Below, piece after piece: positions 1 through 7,305 of a stretch of DNA of 32,014 nucleotides. The notes below the pieces were generated by a model. That model had not been told where the DNA came from. It worked only from the letters and a program-made list of their open reading frames with translations, and ran no database searches. The DNA is taken from positions 1 to 32,014 of IMG/VR virus record IMGVR_UViG_3300020045_004729. One strand, given 5' to 3'. This DNA is from a virus. Taxonomy: Duplodnaviria > Caudoviricetes. Within the stretch, counting starts at the first letter, position 1. The number at the start of each line of letters is the position of its first letter. Position numbers and translations under genes: made by a program.

Positions 1-2860
1 CAACTTTTGCTTGAGTATTAGAAGCTGTGCCAACAGGTAGCTGTCTTACAAATCCTGCTCCAGAAGAATCTCCAGTCATATAGGCGTGGATATCCGCTCC
101 TGATCCTGTACCAGAGTTTCTGCTGGCTGAAATGTATAATTTATAAACACCCGAACTCGCTAACGTATTGGCAGGTATTAAAATATCAACTAAATCAGTT
201 TGAGAAGTCGTTCCTGTGTGAGTTACTGGCGTTAATTGTTTAATTATAGTTGTTGCGCCTGTAACTATAGCAGCTTGAACAAAAGCAGTATTGGCAATCG
301 TGCCGTTATTTGTTCCAACAGGTTGTGTCGATACTGTGCTTGTCTGCTCCACTTCATCCGTAGTAGCGTTATAAGTCAAAAACAAGAAACTTTCTGCGCT
401 GGCTGTAGGGGTTGTGGTTAGTTTTAAAGTTCCTGAAACACTAGGATTATGTAAACTTGGGTTTTTTGATTGTTGGAAACCGTTATTAAATTCACTTGAA
501 ATTATTTTGGCGATTGTCATATTCGAAATTCCACTTAAATCAGAATGCGGGTGCAAATTGTCAGGACAAAAAAAGTTTAATCTACTGTCCTTGTGAATCC
601 AAGTACCTACTGGATACACAAGAGCTTCGTCTGTATTTGCTAAAACTTGGTGCGGATTAGCATAAGTGATGTAATCGGAATAATTCCAATTTCTTTGCGG
701 ACCATAATCATTAGTTGAAAAAGTACCACCCCCTAAATCCGTGAATGTATATCCGCTATTTTGCCAAATGTAACTTGAATTCCAGTAACCTTGTGTATTA
801 ATTGAAATAGAGTTTATAGTCATTAAATCAGCCAAAGAAACTAAAGGAATTTGCCAATAATCTGCTACTTTTCTTTGCGAATCGTACAGCTTATCTAAAT
901 CAGTTTCGCCTTTTCTATAGTGAGTAAGCATCACTATTTTATTACGTGGGTCAGATTCGTAAATTTTTCTAATAATATAGTTCATTGCCCCACTGTAGTA
1001 CATCCTTTCAGTTGCCGAACCTTGAGCGGGTACGTCCTGACCGTCACTCATTGCGACTTTAAACATATCGTTAAAACCGTGGTCTAAAACGAATATTTTT
1101 GCGCCATCATTAGTCAAATAATTAGCTATCAATTTTCTTTCAAAAGAGTAATCTCGAAGTTGTTCTTTTGTTTTTGGACAAGTCGAAGTTAAACTTCCAG
1201 CATCTTGAAATTTAGTGTAAATAGTTGCCCAGTTGTCAAAAATATAGTCTTTTTCAGTTATAGTTTGTCCTAATGATGAGTAAAATCCAAAGCTACCTTG
1301 TATATTATTTCCAATACCTAAAGGGTCTGTCCCTGAATCATAAGCAGATGGTATTCCAGTTGAAATCCTCGAGCCCCCAACACCCTCATTTGATACTGTT
1401 GCACCTGTTAATTGAGCCACCATCGATGGGTATTTGTTTTGACCAGTGTAGCCATCTATGGTTACGGTGTCAGGAGTTCCAGTAGGTATCGAAGTTCCAA
1501 ACCAAGCAATATTTTGTCCTTTGAACGGTTGTGCTAATTTTTGCAGATTATAATTATCCGAATCACTAGAAACTATCTTTTCAAAAAATATATCAATATC
1601 CCCACCATAACTTGCACAATAAACGAACAGGGTTTCACTGGTTGCTACCGCTGTTAAATCCACAATATATTCAGTACCAACTACTGTTTCAAAATTAGTC
1701 CAAATAGTTTGCTGATTATTGTCCGCTGGTAAAGCGTCTCTTAATTGAACGGTAAAAAAACCCGCTGCATTCCCAACATCGTTAGTTTTCATTTTAAACC
1801 TAAATCGATAAGATTGACCGACAACCAAAGGCTCGGTTAAGGGTATCTTTAGATTATCGTAAAGTACAATATCAGTTGGATTAGTTGACATTATATCAAC
1901 ATAAGAAGTAGTTGAGTTTGGTTTTAAATAATCAGGTAATTGAGTCGTGTCTATCTCTGAATCTGAATTCAATCCAGCTATCCCGTTTGGCGTGTTTTTG
2001 GCATTATTTACACCGTCAACAGTAACATACTTAAATCCCGTACCATCGACTGCTAAAGAGTTTTGTTTATTTGACTTAACTTCATACTCTCCCGCCAAAA
2101 CCGTAAAAGGCACTGGTAAAACTGTTCGAACTGGTTCACTTCCCCCAAACTGTAATTGATAAACAGGGTCTGAACCACCACTAATACGGTTAGCGTAGGT
2201 TTTTATTACGATTCTATCCGTACTATCAAATGCCCCATTATCCCAAATTCCCGAAGCAGAAAATTCCGCATAAGTGCCGTTAACAACTTCTCCACTTACA
2301 CTTGAGGTACAGATTAGAGTTTCAGTCCCTGCACTATCTCGGTGGTAAACCTCAAAGTAAAATTGTGCCGTTCCCGAACCGCTTACTTTTCGAATGTTTC
2401 CGTAAGTTGTAACGTTAAAAACACCTGGATTACCAGTTAAAACCCCTGCATCTGAAATCCTTTGCGAAATCAATTGTGCAATTCCTGTAATTGCTGGTGT
2501 AGATACGTCAACCGCTGTTGTGTTGTATCGTGGATCGTGAATATCCTTGACTAAAACTACATATCCACCAACATCACTCGCTGTGGTCGTTGGGTATAGC
2601 GTTAAGTTGGCTGGTAGGTCTGAAATGTTTAGTTTTAACGCTAAACTGTCATTCATCGCTTGTGTAGTTGCTATGTAAGCAGCTGGTATTTTTCCAATTA
2701 CCCCAGTATTACCAAACGTTGCTATAAAAGATGGAGTGGTAACTGTTTGAAGCGTGTCTATCGGAATCTTCATTCCATAATCTAATGGCTGTTCCTGTCC
2801 CGTGCTGGTTTGCCCCAGCATCCACAACGGCAATAGTAAAAATAAAAGTAGTTTTTTCAT
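1..2860 (-). CDS. Tailspike/tail-fibre-like protein with N-terminal signal peptide, CBM-like domain and SGNH/GDSL esterase domain (3'-truncated by window edge, >=953 aa)
   Basis: Absent from the ORF track; translated by hand from ATG 2860: MKKLLLFLLLPLWMLG|QTSTGQEQ. Frame confirmed at several points. SGNH blocks WFGTSIPTG (~1500), NEGVGGS, DHGFND (1067-1084), CPDNLHPH (545-568). Fibre motifs KNTPNGIAGLNSDSEIDTTQLP and TNNGTIANTAFVQAA. Confidence 0.88.
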   Translation of the reverse strand, partial: MKKLLLFLLLPLWMLGQTSTGQEQPLDYGMKIPIDTLQTVTTPSFIATFGNTGVIGKIPAAYIATTQAMNDSLALKLNISDLPANLTLYPTTTASDVGGYVVLVKDIHDPRYNTTAVDVSTPAITGIAQLISQRISDAGVLTGNPGVFNVTTYGNIRKVSGSGTAQFYFEVYHRDSAGTETLICTSSVSGEVVNGTYAEFSASGIWDNGAFDSTDRIVIKTYANRISGGSDPVYQLQFGGSEPVRTVLPVPFTVLAGEYEVKSNKQNSLAVDGTGFKYVTVDGVNNAKNTPNGIAGLNSDSEIDTTQLPDYLKPNSTTSYVDIMSTNPTDIVLYDNLKIPLTEPLVVGQSYRFRFKMKTNDVGNAAGFFTVQLRDALPADNNQQTIWTNFETVVGTEYIVDLTAVATSETLFVYCASYGGDIDIFFEKIVSSDSDNYNLQKLAQPFKGQNIAWFGTSIPTGTPDTVTIDGYTGQNKYPSMVAQLTGATVSNEGVGGSRISTGIPSAYDSGTDPLGIGNNIQGSFGFYSSLGQTITEKDYIFDNWATIYTKFQDAGSLTSTCPKTKEQLRDYSFERKLIANYLTNDGAKIFVLDHGFNDMFKVAMSDGQDVPAQGSATERMYYSGAMNYIIRKIYESDPRNKIVMLTHYRKGETDLDKLYDSQRKVADYWQIPLVSLADLMTINSISINTQGYWNSSYIWQNSGYTFTDLGGGTFSTNDYGPQRNWNYSDYITYANPHQVLANTDEALVYPVGTWIHKDSRLNFFCPDNLHPHSDLSGISNMTIAKIISSEFNNGFQQSKNPSLHNPSVSGTLKLTTTPTASAESFLFLTYNATTDEVEQTSTVSTQPVGTNNGTIANTAFVQAAIVTGATTIIKQLTPVTHTGTTSQTDLVDILIPANTLASSGVYKLYISASRNSGTGSGADIHAYMTGDSSGAGFVRQLPVGTASNTQAKV

Positions 2861-2875
2861 AGTGTAAAATTTATT

Positions 2876-2883
2876 CAAATATA
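2876..2883 (-). promoter_or_regulatory. Bacteroidota primary-sigma -7 element TATATTTG for the tailspike gene
   Basis: Exact TAnnTTTG match 15 nt upstream of ATG 2860, directly after a terminator hairpin. Confidence 0.7.
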
Positions 2884-2915
2884 CAAAAATTCCCTAAACT
2901 TTCGAATAGGGAATT
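2884..2915 (-). terminator. Intrinsic terminator closing the accessory operon
   Basis: AATTCCCTA-N10-TAGGGAATT followed by TTTG, 10 nt after the stop at 2926. Confidence 0.7.
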
Positions 2916-2925
2916 AATTTTGTTG

Positions 2926-3273
2926 TTATGGTTTGAATTTTTCTTTTCCTATTTTTATCCATTCAATAAGCGCGTTTTCTTTAAACAAAAGAACATCAGA
3001 ATACGGCGTACATCCTTTTACTTCTTCATCGGTAAATTCTCCGTTATCGTCGCCGATAGAATTTATTATTTTGTCGAAATGAACTCCTTTTTCTGTTACA
3101 TCAATTGTCCATTCACCGCCATAAGTAATAATGCCTTTTGTGCCGTCGGAACATTTGAATTTTATTCCTTTTTGACATTTAGAATAACATCCATATTCAT
3201 CGGAATAATTCAAACCATCTATACTTATTCCATCGTCGGAATATCCGTAAATTCTTGTTTTTGTGTTTTTCAT
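2926..3273 (-). CDS. Hypothetical acidic protein, 115 aa
   Basis: ORF track; ATGA overlap with upstream small ORF. Confidence 0.8.
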   Translation of the reverse strand: MKNTKTRIYGYSDDGISIDGLNYSDEYGCYSKCQKGIKFKCSDGTKGIITYGGEWTIDVTEKGVHFDKIINSIGDDNGEFTDEEVKGCTPYSDVLLFKENALIEWIKIGKEKFKP

Positions 3274-3440
3274 ACTTCCATTTTTTTACTAATTATTTTC
3301 TCTTCCAACAATCCCGCAACAACATCCGCCTTAACCCAAGCGTATATTTGCCCGAAGTTATTTTCTGCCATTTTCAAAGCTTCTTCCATTGTAACGGGAT
3401 AGCCTTTAATTTCTGAAACTATTTGTTGTAGGTTTTTCAT
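3270..3440 (-). CDS. Small hypothetical protein, 56 aa (MKNLQQIVSEIKGYPVTMEEAL...KKMEV)
   Basis: Hand translation; fills the gap exactly with ATGA overlaps at both ends. Confidence 0.75.
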   Translation of the reverse strand: MKNLQQIVSEIKGYPVTMEEALKMAENNFGQIYAWVKADVVAGLLEEKIISKKMEV

Positions 3441-3889
3441 AATCCGATTTGTTTTTGAGCGGTTGGAGTTAGTTCAAGATTGTATTTTACGAGGTCTTCG
3501 ATTGTTTTAGGTGACTCTATGTTGTTGTGATTTGACGAAAAATAACCATTTGTACAATAATAAAAATAAAATTTATCATCGTTAAAAAATAAATCTAAAA
3601 TTGTTTTTTCATCGTCCCACCATTTGCGAGAAAACCCCTCAAACAAACATCTTTCTTTTGCTTGTTGGTATTCGTCATTTATTTCTAAATTGGAAGTGTA
3701 TTTATTTGGCTCTTCCAAAACCACCCAAACCCCGTCAACCAATTTGCACGGCACGAATTGCCAAATTTCTAGGGGTTGTTTTCCGAATTCTACACGTTTG
3801 CGGTGTAGTTGCCATTTTTGAGAATCGTTCAAATCTCCTTTATTTTCTAACCAATCCGAATGCTCTGCTATCGATGTTAAATTTTTCAT
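3437..3889 (-). CDS. Hypothetical phage protein, 150 aa
   Basis: ORF track; ATGA-coupled on both sides. Confidence 0.8.
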   Translation of the reverse strand: MKNLTSIAEHSDWLENKGDLNDSQKWQLHRKRVEFGKQPLEIWQFVPCKLVDGVWVVLEEPNKYTSNLEINDEYQQAKERCLFEGFSRKWWDDEKTILDLFFNDDKFYFYYCTNGYFSSNHNNIESPKTIEDLVKYNLELTPTAQKQIGL

Positions 3890-4902
3890 ACTATATCAAT
3901 TTTGTATCCTAATTCTTTTTCAATTTCGGATTGTGTCATTTTTTTTGGCTGGATAATTTCTGCCCAGATGCCGTTTTGAAGAACAGCATTACCGCCAATT
4001 TCCAAAATATTAAACTTTTTGCTATAACGCATATCATCTGTTTTAATTTCTCTTTGCTGTTTTATAGTTCCAAATTCGCAAACAACACCTTTTTTATACC
4101 CTCTCTTCTTCGCTTCCTCAATCAAAGCTACTTCAACTTCTTGCGGAGTGGCTTTTGTCCAGTTTTTCGTATCTTCAAAAGACCATCCTTTGTTTCCGTT
4201 TGAACACCATTTATTTCTATTGCCATAATGAGAGAATCCGTATGCAGTTTTTTTGCTTAAATCCGTAATGAATACTAATGATTCAAATCCTTTTTCTATG
4301 CACTTATACCACTTACCTACAACCAACTCCTTTTTAAAAACCTCTGGAAAAACAGATTTCAAATGACTGGTTAAATTGCTTCTTAATCCTGTATAGTTAT
4401 CGTTTCCGAATTTCTCTGACAACTCCAAAACCTGCTCATTTGTAATCTCGAATTTAGGCGTTTTGTAAGTTAGTATTTTTGCGTAGCCGTTAAATTCTTC
4501 CCAAAGTAATAATTCTCTGTATTCAGAATCTTTATTTTGTCTATAATTTTTTCCATCAAAATAAATACCTAACTTTTTTGTATTTATTTTGTATTTTGTA
4601 TTTCCAAGAGGCGATTGCATCTTTTTTGCATCCTTAAAACGCTCCTTAACTTCTTCAAGTGTTGGTGTAGTTTCAATCCCACACGCATCCAAAAATATTT
4701 TAGCGTTGAATGTTTCGTGGATTTCGTCTGTTTCAGACCTATCAAAAGTGTTCCCGTTGGTAATTGATTTATCTTCAAAAAGAACTATGTAGGTACTTTT
4801 TTCGAATTTACCAAGCGAAAAAACTCTATACTCTTTCGGAATCCTGTCCTTAATCGAATCCCAATTTTCCTGTGTGCATTTCATTGCCATTGCTTTTTTC
4901 AT
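3886..4902 (-). CDS. Hypothetical mosaic phage protein, 338 aa
   Basis: ORF track; ends in KKMTQSEIEKELGYKIDIV, a tag I recall from the C-termini of many unrelated phage proteins. Confidence 0.85.
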   Translation of the reverse strand: MKKAMAMKCTQENWDSIKDRIPKEYRVFSLGKFEKSTYIVLFEDKSITNGNTFDRSETDEIHETFNAKIFLDACGIETTPTLEEVKERFKDAKKMQSPLGNTKYKINTKKLGIYFDGKNYRQNKDSEYRELLLWEEFNGYAKILTYKTPKFEITNEQVLELSEKFGNDNYTGLRSNLTSHLKSVFPEVFKKELVVGKWYKCIEKGFESLVFITDLSKKTAYGFSHYGNRNKWCSNGNKGWSFEDTKNWTKATPQEVEVALIEEAKKRGYKKGVVCEFGTIKQQREIKTDDMRYSKKFNILEIGGNAVLQNGIWAEIIQPKKMTQSEIEKELGYKIDIV

Positions 4903-5024
4903 AATTTCTCTTCTTTTTTTAGTTGTTCAATTGTTCTTTGTTTTGCGTATTCCCTGACTTCTTTGATAACTTTTGGATGGCATTGCACGCTTATTTGAAT
5001 GTTGCCGTTTTTTGATGGTTTCAT
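4899..5024 (-). CDS. Small basic protein, 41 aa, ribbon-helix-helix-like
   Basis: Hand translation MKPSKNGNIQISVQCHPKVIKEVREYAKQRTIEQLKKEEKL; alternating beta ribbon (IQISVQC) then amphipathic helix; ATGA overlap with 4902. Confidence 0.6.
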   Translation of the reverse strand: MKPSKNGNIQISVQCHPKVIKEVREYAKQRTIEQLKKEEKL

Positions 5025-5031
5025 AGGTTAT

Positions 5032-5310
5032 TTAAATTAGTATTTCCATTCTAAATTCTACAACTCCTTCTTCTCTTAACTGCCACCTGTGTTCTTCATC
5101 TTCCATACTTTTAGGAATTGAATTATCAAATGGATTAATCGCTTCAAAGTCTACCAATTGTTTTAATTTTTCAACTGGCAATTCACTTAAAGACTTAATT
5201 ATAAATTCTTTTTCTACCCTGTCTTTGTAGTATTCAAATACTTCTGGCGCGACTTTAGTATTTCCTTGAAACTTTTGTTTGTCACCTGGGCGTAATTCTT
5301 TTGTTTCCAT
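5032..5310 (-). CDS. Hypothetical acidic protein, 92 aa, first gene of accessory operon
   Basis: ORF track; A-rich start region TAGAAATTATG. Confidence 0.8.
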   Translation of the reverse strand: METKELRPGDKQKFQGNTKVAPEVFEYYKDRVEKEFIIKSLSELPVEKLKQLVDFEAINPFDNSIPKSMEDEEHRWQLREEGVVEFRMEILI

Positions 5311-5338
5311 AATTTCTATTTGTTTTTAAATTAAAGTA

Positions 5339-5370
5339 CAAACGTACGAAATAAATCGTACGAAAACAAA
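5339..5370 (-). promoter_or_regulatory. Consensus Bacteroidota promoter TTTG-N20-TACGTTTG overlapped by two CGTACG palindromes
   Basis: -33 TTTG at 5367-5370; -7 at 5339-5346; CGTACG at 5343-5348 and 5357-5362. Confidence 0.8.
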
Positions 5371-5399
5371 AAAAAAACACCCCCGATTATGAGAGTGTT
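5368..5399 (-). terminator. Intrinsic terminator after tail gene block
   Basis: AACACUCUC-AUAAUC-GGGGGUGUU (G-U pairs fit the minus strand) followed by a long U run. Confidence 0.8.
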
Positions 5400-5420
5400 G
5401 GTTATTTGGAATTAGAATGG

Positions 5421-6206
5421 TTATAAATAGTAATCTATATAAACCCTTTGTCCTGTAGTTATTGCTTTTTTAAAGGTTACAGTAGTACCTGATTGAGTGA
5501 ATGTCGTCTGGTCGCTTGTGAAATATGGGTCTTCTAAATGTTGCACACCATCGTTTATCCATCCTTTAAAAGCTATCGCCCCTGCTGGTAATTCATAGTC
5601 CTGTCCTAATCCTGCGTAGCGGATTGAGTTTACAGAAATACCTGTAATTCCGTTTATAGCGCCTTGTGTAGCTGTAGATATTGGTAAGTGTAACGGATCA
5701 ATAGGAATGTAAGCAGTACCTATATTGTTTGCTATTAATAATTTATTTGGAGTAATCGAATTAGGCATGTCCGATAATTGAACGCTTGATGTCACAATTA
5801 CCAAATCAATAGTCGTAATTTGCAATTCATCAGCGGACACTGCTAAAATCTTGTTTGCTCTACCTAAATAACTTCCGAAAGTGTCAAGTAAATTTATGAA
5901 TCTATCAACTCCAGAACCACCCCCGCTAGTTAGCCAATCAAAAAAACCTAAAGCGGTTAATTTATCAAACAAATCTCTTGAACTCGTTGGAACACTAGAA
6001 ACCGCTCCGTTTACCAGTGTAATATCCGAATAAATTACATTCTGTTGCTTTATTAAATTAGCGCCATTTGAGGTTTTAAAATGAGCAAAATCTCCAACCG
6101 TCAACAAATCATTTCGAGTGTTTATGATTTCGTTTGAAACATCGCTGTTTAGAACAAAACTAAATTGCTCGTTATCTTCCTTTGTTATCGTTAGTAGATT
6201 TGCCAT
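5421..6206 (-). CDS. Tail fibre adaptor/branching protein, no signal peptide
   Basis: Gly linker GGGSG, fibre-type repeat FINLLDTFGSYLGRANKILAV, LPISTATQGAIN motif, C-terminal small beta-sandwich (GQDYEL..WINDG..FTQSGTTVTF..GQRVYIDY). Confidence 0.6.
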   Translation of the reverse strand: MANLLTITKEDNEQFSFVLNSDVSNEIINTRNDLLTVGDFAHFKTSNGANLIKQQNVIYSDITLVNGAVSSVPTSSRDLFDKLTALGFFDWLTSGGGSGVDRFINLLDTFGSYLGRANKILAVSADELQITTIDLVIVTSSVQLSDMPNSITPNKLLIANNIGTAYIPIDPLHLPISTATQGAINGITGISVNSIRYAGLGQDYELPAGAIAFKGWINDGVQHLEDPYFTSDQTTFTQSGTTVTFKKAITTGQRVYIDYYL

Positions 6207-6209
6207 TTT

Positions 6210-6767
6210 TTATAATTTCATTATAAACAACGATACAATGTAAGGTTGTAAGTTTTTATTTGTTCCTGAAACCCCAGCAGAATCAGTATAAGCCGTGCCT
6301 AAAGAATTGGTTTCAATCTCTTTTCCGATGTATCTAATATTTGTAGTTCCCGAGCCACTAGACCCTGATTGATCCGCTATAATGTGGTTATGAGTAACAA
6401 GTACCGCATCTGCACTACCTCCAATAGCACCAAGTGTTGGGTAATTACTGTCCCATTGCAACGAAACTCGTCCGCTTCTATTTCTAGTACCGTTGTTTCC
6501 GTTGCAAATTGCCCAACCTAAACGCTCGTTAATTCCCAATCCAGTTGAATCGAAATTAGCGGTCATATAAGCATTGGTAACATCGATTTCTTTGATATCT
6601 CCAGTTTGCGCTGTTCCATCTGCTATAGAATTAAGTACTGTACGGACTTTTAAAGCCGTATTTGGAACACCAGTTGCAATTGCGTCAATTTGAACTTGAA
6701 TAGCAGAACGGGTTTGTCCTTGCATTGTAGCAACCGACAGTAAAAATAATAATAGTAATTTTTTCAT
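6210..6767 (-). CDS. Short tail fibre / tail-collar domain protein with N-terminal signal peptide
   Basis: Collar motifs GDIK, GWAICNG.NGT.N..GR, HxH (THNH), C-terminal NLQPYIVSLFIMKL; N-terminus MKKLLLLFLLSVATMQG|QT. Confidence 0.85.
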   Translation of the reverse strand: MKKLLLLFLLSVATMQGQTRSAIQVQIDAIATGVPNTALKVRTVLNSIADGTAQTGDIKEIDVTNAYMTANFDSTGLGINERLGWAICNGNNGTRNRSGRVSLQWDSNYPTLGAIGGSADAVLVTHNHIIADQSGSSGSGTTNIRYIGKEIETNSLGTAYTDSAGVSGTNKNLQPYIVSLFIMKL

Positions 6768-6782
6768 ATTGATTTATTTTTA

Positions 6783-7289
6783 TTAATTAAAAACACGAAT
6801 CTCTATAGGTAAATTGGTAAAAACGGCATCTGAAAGTACGTTAGAGTCATTATAAACAAGTAATGTCCCTTGATTAACTCCATTGCCACCATTTGTACTA
6901 TTGAATTGAAAATTAGCTTTTCCGATACCACCCTCTACAACTCCTCTGTAAAAAAAAGTTTTCCCAATTGTAAATGCGCCAGTTGATGAAAAAACATAAA
7001 CTCCAGTTCCGGTAACTGAAAATGTTACTGGGGAATATAGATTTTCATTTATCACTGTCACAGATGCAGAACTACCTGTTTGCGTTAAAATTGCGTGGTA
7101 TGATTTGTAAGGTATTTGCTGGTCAATATAATCAACAATATCTTTCATATTGTTTCCTACATTCGATTTACTAATACTTCCTGCTCCAGTTTTATTGGTA
7201 ATATCGGTGTCAATTTGTGCTTTTAAAGCCGTTGAAGTTTGTCCGTAAATTGATGCGGAAAACAATAAAAATAAAAGTATTTTTTTCAT
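6783..7289 (-). CDS. Small tail-associated protein with N-terminal signal peptide, 168 aa (start revised from 7337)
   Basis: ATG 7289 follows an A-rich start region and removes the overlap with the upstream gene; MKKILLFLLFSASIYG|QTSTALKAQID; helical N-domain plus beta-rich C-domain. Confidence 0.75.
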   Translation of the reverse strand: MKKILLFLLFSASIYGQTSTALKAQIDTDITNKTGAGSISKSNVGNNMKDIVDYIDQQIPYKSYHAILTQTGSSASVTVINENLYSPVTFSVTGTGVYVFSSTGAFTIGKTFFYRGVVEGGIGKANFQFNSTNGGNGVNQGTLLVYNDSNVLSDAVFTNLPIEIRVFN

Positions 7290-7305
7290 ATTTGTTTTTT
7301 TTAAA

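Noticed and set aside
236-2159. Four short plus-strand ORFs in the track
   Set aside because: Antisense shadows of the long minus-strand tailspike ORF; no motifs.
2920-4792. Plus-strand ORFs (including 160 aa at 2920-3402) and minus-strand 4584-4778
   Set aside because: Overlap coupled minus-strand genes. The plus-strand ones have the Phe/Ile-rich composition typical of antisense to Lys/Glu-rich genes; 4584-4778 is an alternate frame nested in the 338-aa gene.
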